Of a stretch of 32,000 nucleotides of DNA, positions 19,101 through 26,069 are shown piece after piece. The stretch comes from Candidatus Heimdallarchaeota archaeon B3_Heim (GTDB taxonomy: Archaea > Asgardarchaeota > Heimdallarchaeia > Hodarchaeales > Hodarchaeaceae). Under the pieces are notes generated by a model. The model had not been told where the DNA came from and did no database searches. It saw nothing but the letters and a program-made list of their open reading frames with translations. The DNA is taken from contig NJBF01000004.1 of the NCBI GenBank assembly GCA_003144275.1, positions 30,001-62,000 on the forward strand, written 5' to 3'. Both the position numbers and the translations under genes were made by a program. Within the stretch, counting starts at the first letter, position 1. The number at the start of each line of letters is the position of its first letter.

Positions 19101-22100
19101 GTAGGAGAAGTGATTACTACAACAGGTGAAGTTGTATCCTGGACAAAGAAAGTGATTTCATCAGAGCCAAAATTACTGTAGATATCTGTAGATTCAATTG
19201 TTAACGTATACGTTCCGACTGAAAGACCACTTAAAAGACCTGTATCAGGTATGGGAGCACTATTGAGCTTCACTACGACCGTTATACTACTTAAGTCAGA
19301 TACGGTATAGGTATAAGACACATCAGTTCCAAATTCAAAAGTAGAGGAATCGGTAGGAGTCGTGATCGTTACAACGGGTGAGGTTGTGTCTTGGACAAAG
19401 AAAGTAATTTCTTCAAAACCAACATTACTGTAGGTATCGGTTGCTTCAATTGTTAGCGTATACGTTCCGACAGCAAGCCCTGTTAATAACCCTGTATCAG
19501 GTACGGGTGTTCCATCAAGTTTAACTATAACTGAGATTCCGCTAAGATCACTAACTGTATATGTATAACTAACATCAGCACCAAATTCGAAGAATGAAGC
19601 ATTGGCAGGAGAAGTGATAGATACAACAGGGGGAATTGTATCGACTAAATAAAAGAAAACGGTTTCTGCCACTCCAACATTCCCATAAGCATCGGTAGCT
19701 TCAACAATAAGCGTGTATGTACCAACTGAAAGCCCTGAGATAATCCCTGTGTCAGCTATTGGGGCACCGTTCAGTCTTACAACAACACTAGTGCTACTTA
19801 AATCAGTGACAGTGTACGTATAATCCACATCAGTCCCAAATTCAAAGGTAGAAGCATTTACGGGTGAAGTGATTACTACCAAGGGTAAAGTTGTATCTTG
19901 GATGAAAAAGGTAATTTCGTCAGAACCAACATTACTATAACTATCAGTAGCTTCAACTGTGAGGGTGTAAGTCCCTACTGTTAACCCAACGATTAATCCA
20001 GAATCGGTAATGGGAGCTCCATTCAGTTTGACTACTAGTGTTGTACCACTCAAGTCGGATACAGTGTATGTATAAGTAACATCTGCATCAAATTCGAAAA
20101 CTGAACTATTTGTTGGGGAAGTAATAGAAACAACAGGTGTGGTCGTATCCTGGATAAAGAGGGTGAGTTCATCTGAACCAAGATTGTTAGAAGTATCAGT
20201 GGCTTCGATTGTTAAGGTATAGGTTCCAACAGTAAGGCCTGTAAGTAAGCCACTATCAGGGATAGGGGCTCCATTGAGTTTTACTACAACAGAAGTTCCA
20301 CTCAAATCACTTACAGTATATGTGTAAGACACATCAGATCCAAATTCAAAAATGGAGGCATTTGCAGGGGAAGTGATTGTTACGATTGGAGGAATGGAGT
20401 CAACAACATCGAAGACTATCTCATCAAGGCCAATATTACTGAAACTATCTGTAGCTTCAATTGTGAGGGTATACGTTCCGACTGTAAGTCCAGTTATTGA
20501 CCCACTGTCAGCAATAGGCGCTCCATTGAGTTTAACTACGATTGTTGTCCCACTCAAATCAGATACAGTATAGGTATAGGAAACAGCTATACCAAATTCA
20601 AAAATGGAGGCATTTGCAGGGGAAGTGATTGATACAACGGGTGAGATTGTATCTTGGATATAGAATACGATTTCATCAAAGCCAATATTACTGAAAGTGT
20701 CAGTTGCTTCTATAGTAAGAGTATACATTCCAACAGTAAGGCCTGTTATCAACCCACTGTCAGTAATAGGGGCACCATCAAGTTTAACCACCACTGTAGT
20801 GCCACTCAAGTCAGTAACAGTATATGAATATGAGACATCTGACCCATATTCGAATGATGAAGCATTCAGAGGAGAATCGACGGTTACAACAGGGGATACA
20901 GAGTCTTCAATAAAGAATATAACTTCATCAAAACCAACATTACTGTGAGCATCTGTAGCTTCGACTGTAAGAGTGTAGGTACCTACTGCCAGTCCAGCTA
21001 TTGACCCACTATCGGTAATAGGTGCGCCATTGAGTTTTACTATCACCGTAAGGCCACTCAAATCGGTTGTTGTGTATGTATATGCAACAGTACTTCCTAG
21101 TTCGAAATAAGTGTTATTACTGGGTGAGGTTATAGACACTATAGGTGCTGTTGAATCTACTACAGAAAAGACTATTTCATCAAACCCGAGCAGATTAAAG
21201 CCATCGTCTGCTTCTACTCGGAGTGTATATGTCCCCACAGACAAGCTGGTAAGCAGGCCTGTATCGGAAATTGGTACACCATCTAATTTTACAACAACGG
21301 ATGTAGCACTCTGATCATCAATCGAATATGTGTACGCAACATCTGTTCCCAACTCGTAATTCGAATTATTTGTGGGTGAGATTATGGTAACGACTGGGGA
21401 AACCGTATCTTGTACAAAAAATGTAATTTGATCACTATCTACATTATTGTAATCATCTATGACCTCTATGGTTAAATTATGAGTTCCTACTCCTGGGGTA
21501 CTTAATGAACCTGTATCTGCCACCGCTCCTCCATCCAATATTATGGTGGCTGTTACCCCACTCAATTCTGTCACACTATATGTATATGCGACATTGCCAC
21601 CATATTCAAATGTTGAAGCATTAACGGGTGCTGTTATTGTCACCACTGGTGCAGTCGTATCTTGGACAAAGAATACTATCTCATCTGAGCCAACATTGCT
21701 ATGTGCATCGGTAGCTTCGATATTAAGAGTATAAGTACCAACTGAAAGCCCTATGAATAAGCCTGTATCTGATACGATTATTCCATTTCGTCTTACCACG
21801 ACTGATGTACTACTTAGATCATTAACTGAGTAGGTGTATTCAACATCCGTCCCTAACTCAAATATTGATGCATTAACTGGCGTAATAATCGTGACTACAG
21901 GTGCAACTGTATCTGACACATAGAATATAATTTGATCCCACCCCACATTGCTTGAATTATCTGTGGAAACAACCGTTAGGTTATATGTTCCTGTTCCCAG
22001 GCCACTAATTATTCCTGTATCAGGAATGGGATTGCTATTTAACAGAACCTCTTCCGTTGTAGGATTTATTTCTACTACGGAATAAGTATATGTTATATCT

Positions 22101-22273
22101 ACCCCTAGCTCAAAAATTGAGCTGTCTCCAGGAGTGTTTATTGTCACCACTGGTGGGGTTGTGTCCGCTGCTTGTACCATTGGTATTGTGAGCGGAAAAT
22201 TTGCGACTACTAGTGTTACTAATAAAACTGCTAGTAAGCCTTGTTTTGATAAATATTTCATTTTTTCTAACAT
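13124..22273 (-). CDS. 3049-aa cell-surface protein: signal peptide, 34 Ig-like repeats, SPNGGE Ig-like domain, PGF-CTERM anchor
   Basis: ORF track; ATG preceded by GGGTGA; hydrophobic signal ending VQAA; DTTxPVVTITSP...TYTLxVEATDxYxNVG repeats; C-terminus TPGFELPFLLIGLIGMVVFLRRRH. Confidence 0.97.
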   Translation of the reverse strand: MLEKMKYLSKQGLLAVLLVTLVVANFPLTIPMVQAADTTPPVVTINTPGDSSIFELGVDITYTYSVVEINPTTEEVLLNSNPIPDTGIISGLGTGTYNLTVVSTDNSSNVGWDQIIFYVSDTVAPVVTIITPVNASIFELGTDVEYTYSVNDLSSTSVVVRRNGIIVSDTGLFIGLSVGTYTLNIEATDAHSNVGSDEIVFFVQDTTAPVVTITAPVNASTFEYGGNVAYTYSVTELSGVTATIILDGGAVADTGSLSTPGVGTHNLTIEVIDDYNNVDSDQITFFVQDTVSPVVTIISPTNNSNYELGTDVAYTYSIDDQSATSVVVKLDGVPISDTGLLTSLSVGTYTLRVEADDGFNLLGFDEIVFSVVDSTAPIVSITSPSNNTYFELGSTVAYTYTTTDLSGLTVIVKLNGAPITDSGSIAGLAVGTYTLTVEATDAHSNVGFDEVIFFIEDSVSPVVTVDSPLNASSFEYGSDVSYSYTVTDLSGTTVVVKLDGAPITDSGLITGLTVGMYTLTIEATDTFSNIGFDEIVFYIQDTISPVVSITSPANASIFEFGIAVSYTYTVSDLSGTTIVVKLNGAPIADSGSITGLTVGTYTLTIEATDSFSNIGLDEIVFDVVDSIPPIVTITSPANASIFEFGSDVSYTYTVSDLSGTSVVVKLNGAPIPDSGLLTGLTVGTYTLTIEATDTSNNLGSDELTLFIQDTTTPVVSITSPTNSSVFEFDADVTYTYTVSDLSGTTLVVKLNGAPITDSGLIVGLTVGTYTLTVEATDSYSNVGSDEITFFIQDTTLPLVVITSPVNASTFEFGTDVDYTYTVTDLSSTSVVVRLNGAPIADTGIISGLSVGTYTLIVEATDAYGNVGVAETVFFYLVDTIPPVVSITSPANASFFEFGADVSYTYTVSDLSGISVIVKLDGTPVPDTGLLTGLAVGTYTLTIEATDTYSNVGFEEITFFVQDTTSPVVTITTPTDSSTFEFGTDVSYTYTVSDLSSITVVVKLNSAPIPDTGLLSGLSVGTYTLTIESTDIYSNFGSDEITFFVQDTTSPVVVITSPTNASQFEFGTDLTYTYTVTDLSGITVVIRLNGAPIPDSGTLSGLAVGTYFLNVEATDSYSNIGSEEIVFYVQDSTAPVVAISLPLNASFHEYGTDVSYTYTVDDLSGTTIVVRLNGSPIPDSGVLSSLAVGTYTLNVEATDTYSNVGSDEIIFTVHDTTSPLVIITTPSNSSTFELGNDVSYTYTVTDLSSTIIVVKLNGASVPDSGLLSSLAVGTYTLTVEATDLFNNIGSKEIVFFITDTTSPVVTISSPINATTFEFGSDVSYTHTVDDLSSTSVVVKLNGAPIPDSGLLSSLAVGTYILNVEATDSYSNVGFDEIIFFIQDTTDPVIVITSPINATVFEFGSDVGYTYTVDDLSGTTIVVRLNGAPIPDSGSLSGLAVGTYILNVEATDTYTNVGSDEIIFYVEDTTIPFVTITSPVNATTFEFGNDVSYSYTVFDLSGTSVEVRLNGALIPDTGLLTGLSVGTYTLNVEATDSYGNVGVAETVFFYLDDTISPVVTITSPANASTFEFGSDVSYTYTVSDLSGMTVVVKLNGAPIPDSGLLSGLAVGTYVLTVEATDTYSNVGDDEVTFFMVDTTFPSVAITTPANGSVFEFGLDVSYTYTVSDLSSTTIVVKLNGAPIPDSGLLSSLAVGTYTLTVEATDTYSNLGSDEITFFIQDTTSPVVVITSPNEPSTVEFGSNIVYTYTVDDLSGTTVTIRLNSAPIPDSGVLSGLPVGVYVLSVEAIDTYGNPGSDEVTIIIQDTTAPTLTITDPSNASIFEFGSEIPYTYAVFDLSGTNIGVKLNGAPIPDSGVLSGLAVGSYVLRVEAVDDYGNNGFTEINLFVVDTTAPVVTIDSPSNSSTFEFGSGVPYTYTVTDLSGTSVVVRINGAPVPDTGILSSLVVGTYVMTVEATDVYSNFNSDEITFFIADTTAPVVSITSPANSSIYEFGLNVPFTYTISDLSGTTAELELNGAPIPDNGLLTGLSVGTYTLYIQATDTYSNVGSDSVTFFVTDTTSPVVTITSPVNASIFEFGSDVSYTYTVNDLSGTTVVVSLNSAPIPDSGLLSGLAVGTYTLNIEATDAYGNVGMAETTFFFLVDTTSPVVSISAPVNGTTFEFGNDVSYSYTVFDLSGISIVVSLNSAPLPDTGLLIGLAVGTYTLTIEATDTYGNVGTDEIIFYIQDTINPVVTLSSPNNASIFEFGSDVSYAYTITDLSGTTVVVRLNGAPLPDSGVLASLAVGTYILNIEATDAHNNVGSDEITFFVVDTTAPVVIIVDPVNASYFEFGDDVAYTYTVDDLSGTTIIIRLNGAPIPDSGILSGLSVGTYILNVEATDTSNNVGVAEITLFVVDTTNPLVTIISPTNASIFEFGTDVSYTYSVFDLSGTSVVVELNSAVIPDSGLLSGLAVGTYTLSVEATDIYSNVGLMEIILYVVDTTSPVVTITSPVNASIFEFGSDVGYTYTFFDLSGTSVVVSLNSAPIPDTGLLIGLAVGTYTLNIEVTDAFGNVGSAETTFFFLVDTTAPVVEITNPGTSTFFEFGTDVSYTFTVSDLSPTSVIVQLNGAPIPDTGLLSGLAVGTYVLYIEGTDIYNNLGSDTITFFVQDTILPVVSITDPSNNSFFEFGDLVFYGYTATDLSPMSIEVKLDGVVISDLKVLANLEVGIYILTVEATDEFSNLGFDEIILVVEDTIQPVVTINTPENETTFEFGANILYTYQYTDLSSATVEVLLDGNIISNSGILSNVPVGTHLLQVKVTDSSNNVGLAEITLFVRDTTAPIIFISSPVSDIRYPETDSIALNTQILELANYTVTVYLNGSVLAIDPYNGLIPPLDVGFHLLNITVIDASNNVGIALTMFEVYDVPVDIKVTLVSPNGGEVIASDYWTISWALDNPWKLNTTFNLYYSINQSDTWVLVAQNLNDTSYLWDTTFLVTSFVYEIKIEAITVYDSQILTSEDISDNYFTVANRKVTINIDIPDTIPDVIPTNTPGFELPFLLIGLIGMVVFLRRRH
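13575..22165 (-). repeat. 34 tandem ~252-nt (84-85 aa) intragenic Ig-like repeats
   Basis: Counted 34 D-[TS]-x-x-P starts from aa 37; 8590 nt / 34 = ~252.6 nt. Copies differ at synonymous sites, so they are not identical. Confidence 0.95.
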
Positions 22274-22277
22274 AATC

Positions 22278-22283
22278 TCACCC
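22278..22283 (-). promoter_or_regulatory. Shine-Dalgarno GGGTGA of the 3049-aa gene
   Basis: GGGTGAGATT-ATG on the minus strand. Confidence 0.65.
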
Positions 22284-22617
22284 TATATTAAGATTAGAAC
22301 AAATAGAACTAATTTGTTAACGATTTTTACCTACGTAACGTTGTTGTTGTGATTTCACTCATATGTAGTTGAAGTTTTCAGCTACGGAGTTTCCATTAGT
22401 CAGTTTCTCTACGATTTCGTAATTTTTCATATAAAGTGTCTAGCGCCTCTGCCCAGTATTCACAATATAAGAGAAATTACACCCCTAGTTGCAACGTCGT
22501 AAAATCATCAATAGCTAGATAAACTATCAGAATGTTATAAGAGGGTATCTAGTGAAAACCTCCGAATAATTGTGGCGTGACCTTTAAATACTCTTCTAGA
22601 GAATCTATCCGACTATT

Positions 22618-22694
22618 TCCGACAAAAATCTTAGAAGCCTAGAGTTCTTCGTTTCACACACCGATCGGTCACTTCTCTGATGTGTTTTGTCGGA
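22618..22694. repeat. 10-bp perfect inverted repeat (TCCGACAAAA / TTTTGTCGGA) enclosing palindrome ACCGATCGGT
   Basis: Arms at 22618-22627 and 22685-22694; inner palindrome at 22660-22669; begins 3 nt past the thiR stop codon. Confidence 0.6.
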
Positions 22695-22697
22695 TTC

Positions 22698-23606
22698 TTA
22701 AAATTTCGTTAGGAGAAACTCGACAATATCGTTAGGTGTTTTCCCAAATATATAGATGAGTGGTTCAAGCCCAACGCCTCCTGCGTCGGCAATAATTTCA
22801 ATTTCCTGAATTTCGTGTGAGGAATAGGCCTGCAAGGTTTGAATCCAGTCTTTATCTGCCTCAACAGTTAATAATACTTCCTTTTTAGGGGATATGATGT
22901 CGAGAATTATTTCAGTTCGTCGTATAGAGATCAATGAATTAAACTTAGATGATTGCTTCTTAAAATAGAGGAGGATCTGAGTTAAAGTTGCACCCTGCCC
23001 AAATTCGGGATAAGAAACGATTTGTCCCATGTCCCTCACCTTAATTATTCTTCCAGGAAAACCTGCTATATCTTTGATTTCTTGAGACCCTTCAGTTGTA
23101 CTTACAAATTGACATCCAACTTCAGGTATAACCTGAGCAAATCGCTCCCCTGAATTCACTAGTTTTACTGCTGCATCATACAACTCTCTGGTAACAGTTA
23201 ATTTATCATCAAAGATTTTTCGAGAAGTTTCAGATGGAAAGCATATCGAACAGTTTGGTAAGAAATCTATTGCTGCTGTTCGTCTATGTACTTCACATAG
23301 AGGTCCTGCCGTTCGAAAAGATTGGCAAACGCTACAGATTTCCTCCATTAATTTAACGTTTGTAATATTATCTCCAGTTACTTTCGTTATTATTTGTGAT
23401 ACGAGTTCTTTGAATGTGGGATTGCTGGTAATTGAGGTAGGGGTGCTTGAAGAAGAGCTTAGATATGAGGATATGACTGGTTGGGAAACGCCTAGAAGCG
23501 TACCGATATCTGCTTGTTTCCAACCTTTATTTGATAATTTTTGAGCTATAAGTTTTCTCAGAGGAGTTAAAAAGGTTGAAGGAACTACTTCACAAATAAA
23601 ATTCAT
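22698..23606 (-). CDS. thiR: ThiR thiamine-responsive transcriptional repressor (HTH + Cys/His motif + ThiN-like domain)
   Basis: N-terminal CEV...LRKLIAQKL..KGWKQADIGTLLGVSQPVISSYL HTH; CxxC..LCEVH..CxxC linker; ThiN-like IPEVG..DIAGFPGRI..PEFG; adjacent to thiBPQ. Confidence 0.88.
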   Translation of the reverse strand: MNFICEVVPSTFLTPLRKLIAQKLSNKGWKQADIGTLLGVSQPVISSYLSSSSSTPTSITSNPTFKELVSQIITKVTGDNITNVKLMEEICSVCQSFRTAGPLCEVHRRTAAIDFLPNCSICFPSETSRKIFDDKLTVTRELYDAAVKLVNSGERFAQVIPEVGCQFVSTTEGSQEIKDIAGFPGRIIKVRDMGQIVSYPEFGQGATLTQILLYFKKQSSKFNSLISIRRTEIILDIISPKKEVLLTVEADKDWIQTLQAYSSHEIQEIEIIADAGGVGLEPLIYIFGKTPNDIVEFLLTKF

Positions 23607-23690
23607 TTGATTTCACAAGAGGTAATGCTATTCGAGACTGGACTCATGAGATATTAAAGATTTACCTGATTTCCCTTTAATCAATACTAT

Positions 23691-23710
23691 CTCGCTATAA
23701 TTGTAGTGAG
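23691..23710 (+). promoter_or_regulatory. 20-nt imperfect palindrome/hairpin CTCGCTATAATTGTAGTGAG between thiR and the kinase gene
   Basis: 16/20 symmetric as DNA; as + strand RNA, an 8-bp stem whose two irregular pairs are both G-U. Confidence 0.45.
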
Positions 23711-24650
23711 ACAAATATCCAAGGATTCTTCATTTATGACTCTTGATTTAAACTCTATACAAGGTATTCCAAAGGACATTCTCCCTGATAAAGTTGATTC
23801 AATTCAAATTATAAAAGGAGGAATGAACAATCAGAATATTTTGCTAAATGGGTCTTATTTACTCAAAGCTTACATACAACGTGATGAGAAAAATGATCCT
23901 GTCCAATTGAGATACCTACGTGAAAAAACTGCTTTTGTGAAGTTAACGAATTTGAAGTTTATGCCCAATTTCCTTAATTCATATGAAAAGGAGAACGAAT
24001 TATACATTGCTCGAATGTGGGCTGAGGGAAGAATACTAAGTCTAACTGATTTAGACAATTATACTGATACCCTAGTAACAACTCTATCTTCTCTTCATAG
24101 GCAGCATTATACCTGTGAAGCTGATTATAACTATTTTGATGTCATTACACGATATTTACAAGAATACAGGCATCGTTTTAGGAACCAAAAATGGAATTTA
24201 CCAGACGTAATGGCGGTTTCCTCTTTCTATGATCAAAATAAAGATAAATTAGTCGAACTTGAGAAATCTCGACTCTTAACACGTATACATGGAGATTTAG
24301 TATTTTCAAATATAATTTGTTCTCATCAAAAGTGTATCTTCATTGATTGGGAGTACACTACATATGGTGATCCCCTTATAGATCTTGCTTATCTTATTAC
24401 TCAGAATTCTATTGCTAAAAAATCCGAGAGAAAATTAATCCGTCTTTATGCACATCATAACTTTTTAGAAATTGATCCTCGACGGTTATCTATATATAAA
24501 AATTTGATGAATTTAATGTCTGCACTCTGGTACTCGCTTCAAGTAATGCGTTTCAGTAACAATAAACTTACACATTCTGAATTGAACCTTTCAGGAACTC
24601 AATTTGAAGAGCTTGCGAAACAGGGGTTTTCTCAATTGAAAATTCATTAA
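23706..24650 (+). CDS. APH/choline-kinase-family phosphotransferase, probable thiamine kinase (ThiK-like); true start may be ATG 23736
   Basis: GGMNNQN P-loop-like motif, YLLK, Brenner motif HGDLVFSNI, metal motif FIDWEY..GDPLIDLA; sits between thiR and thiB; AAGGA lies 10 nt before ATG 23736. Confidence 0.8.
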   Translation: MRQISKDSSFMTLDLNSIQGIPKDILPDKVDSIQIIKGGMNNQNILLNGSYLLKAYIQRDEKNDPVQLRYLREKTAFVKLTNLKFMPNFLNSYEKENELYIARMWAEGRILSLTDLDNYTDTLVTTLSSLHRQHYTCEADYNYFDVITRYLQEYRHRFRNQKWNLPDVMAVSSFYDQNKDKLVELEKSRLLTRIHGDLVFSNIICSHQKCIFIDWEYTTYGDPLIDLAYLITQNSIAKKSERKLIRLYAHHNFLEIDPRRLSIYKNLMNLMSALWYSLQVMRFSNNKLTHSELNLSGTQFEELAKQGFSQLKIH

Positions 24651-24690
24651 TTATTGTTAGATACGAAGTCTTGGTTTTGCAAAATGCTTC

Positions 24691-24722
24691 ATAGGTCAGC
24701 TATAACAGAGACCTATATTTTT
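24691..24722 (+). terminator. Inverted repeat ATAGGTC-N12-GACCTAT followed by ATTTTT (terminator or operator)
   Basis: Perfect 7-bp arms at 24691-24697 and 24710-24716; T-tract at 24718-24722; lies between the kinase gene and thiB. Confidence 0.4.
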
Positions 24723-24743
24723 AAGAGATTAAGCAATCGGTAC

Positions 24744-24750
24744 TTTTAAA
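24744..24750 (+). promoter_or_regulatory. Candidate TATA box TTTTAAA for thiB
   Basis: Ends 28 nt before ATG 24779, a spacing that fits a near-leaderless archaeal transcript; motif match only. Confidence 0.35.
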
Positions 24751-24778
24751 GACACAGAATATATATTTAGGCGATTTT

Positions 24779-26026
24779 ATGAAAAGAAATTTGAATTCAT
24801 GTCTTTTTATTACAGCTCTAATTTTGATTTATGGTTTAAATAGAATTCCTTTCTCATCTGCGTACTCTGAGGTCGAATCACTTCAAGACACACAACTAGT
24901 AATTTATACGTACGATAGTTTACTAAATGACCCTTATTTTAACATCGAGGGGAATTTTTCCCAGGTTTCTGAACTCCCTGAGAATAATATTCAAATTACT
25001 CGATTTAGTGATGCTAATGAACTTATAGTGAGATTAGAAGCAGAGAAGAGTAATCCTATAGCAGATGTTGTAATTGGAATCGATAATACGCTAATACATT
25101 TAATAGAGGACAAAACTACTGTTTTAGAACCATATTCCCCAATTTCGATTTCTCAGATAGAAACAAATCTAATCCAAAATCTCGATCCTGAACAGTTTCT
25201 TATTCCTTACGATTATGGGATTATCAGCCTTTATTATCAAAATCAGATTATTAATTCATCTACTAATCCAGAATTAGAAAACTTGACTTTAAATAGTCTT
25301 CTCACTTCAGATCTGCTTCCAATGCTCATTGTGGAGAATCCAAAATACAGTAGTCCAGGCCTGGGATTTTTATTATGGATAATAGCTGTTTATGGGGATC
25401 CAGAAATTAACTTTGATGGACTACTTGAGAGCAATTGGCGATACTGGTGGAATGCCTCACGGAATAAAATAACAATAACAAAATCATGGGGTGACGCATT
25501 TAATATATTCTTTACCCCAGAGGAAGGGAAACCAATTATGGTATCCTATGGAACATCTCCAGCTTATAGTTATTGTCAGTGGGCTGATAACAGTACATCT
25601 GCAGTTGTTACTCAAGAAGATGATCAACAAAACGCTTGGCTTCAAATTGAGGGAATAGGCCTTGTTAAAGATGCACCTCATAAGGAAAATGCTAAGCAAT
25701 TCATTGATTGGTTTTTGAGTCCTGCCTTACAGAGTGAAATTCCAGAACATCAATGGATGTATCCAGCAAATACTGAAGTTACTCTTTCAACATGCTTTGA
25801 AGAATCAGTAATTCATCCAGATGAAGTTTATAGACTGAATGATCTTCTTTCTCCTGATCTATTAGCAAAAAATTTAGCAGACTGGATAGACCAATGGGAA
25901 CAAGTCATTGTACTGGGCTACATTGATTCTGAAGCTGATATACCCAGCTTTGAATTCTACCCAACTCTACTTGGATTGATTATCCTAGGTATTCCTGTAT
26001 TAATAAAGAAGAAAAAACGCGAATAA
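24779..26026 (+). CDS. thiB: Thiamine ABC transporter substrate-binding protein with C-terminal sorting signal
   Basis: LVIYTYDS, ADVVIGIDN, PYDYG, SSPGLGFLLW, VSYGTSPAY, LQIEG, Q..IP..QWMYPA match ThiB/TbpA motifs; C-terminus IPSFEFYPTLLGLIILGIPVLIKKKKRE. Confidence 0.92.
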   Translation: MKRNLNSCLFITALILIYGLNRIPFSSAYSEVESLQDTQLVIYTYDSLLNDPYFNIEGNFSQVSELPENNIQITRFSDANELIVRLEAEKSNPIADVVIGIDNTLIHLIEDKTTVLEPYSPISISQIETNLIQNLDPEQFLIPYDYGIISLYYQNQIINSSTNPELENLTLNSLLTSDLLPMLIVENPKYSSPGLGFLLWIIAVYGDPEINFDGLLESNWRYWWNASRNKITITKSWGDAFNIFFTPEEGKPIMVSYGTSPAYSYCQWADNSTSAVVTQEDDQQNAWLQIEGIGLVKDAPHKENAKQFIDWFLSPALQSEIPEHQWMYPANTEVTLSTCFEESVIHPDEVYRLNDLLSPDLLAKNLADWIDQWEQVIVLGYIDSEADIPSFEFYPTLLGLIILGIPVLIKKKKRE

Positions 26027-26069
26027 TCGTCAGTTCTTATCTTTTGAATGGTATCCGGTTTGATTCCTA

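Noticed and set aside
13575-22165. CRISPR array or non-coding tandem repeat
   Set aside because: The period is ~252 nt, the copies are degenerate at third codon positions and the frame is open; there are no identical short repeats with unique spacers.
13521-22352. Short ORFs overlapping the 3049-aa gene
   Set aside because: Antisense or alternate-frame by-products of the repetitive coding sequence.
22618-22694. MITE or IS ends
   Set aside because: Only 77 nt, with no target-site duplication, no second copy and no transposase in the window.
24651-24778. Canonical TPP riboswitch upstream of thiB
   Set aside because: No UGAGA / CCUGA / GCG-AGG elements are present and the spacer is short; ThiR offers an alternative control.
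24779-24870. Lipoprotein signal in ThiB (Cys8)
   Set aside because: The Cys precedes the hydrophobic region instead of ending it; no lipobox.
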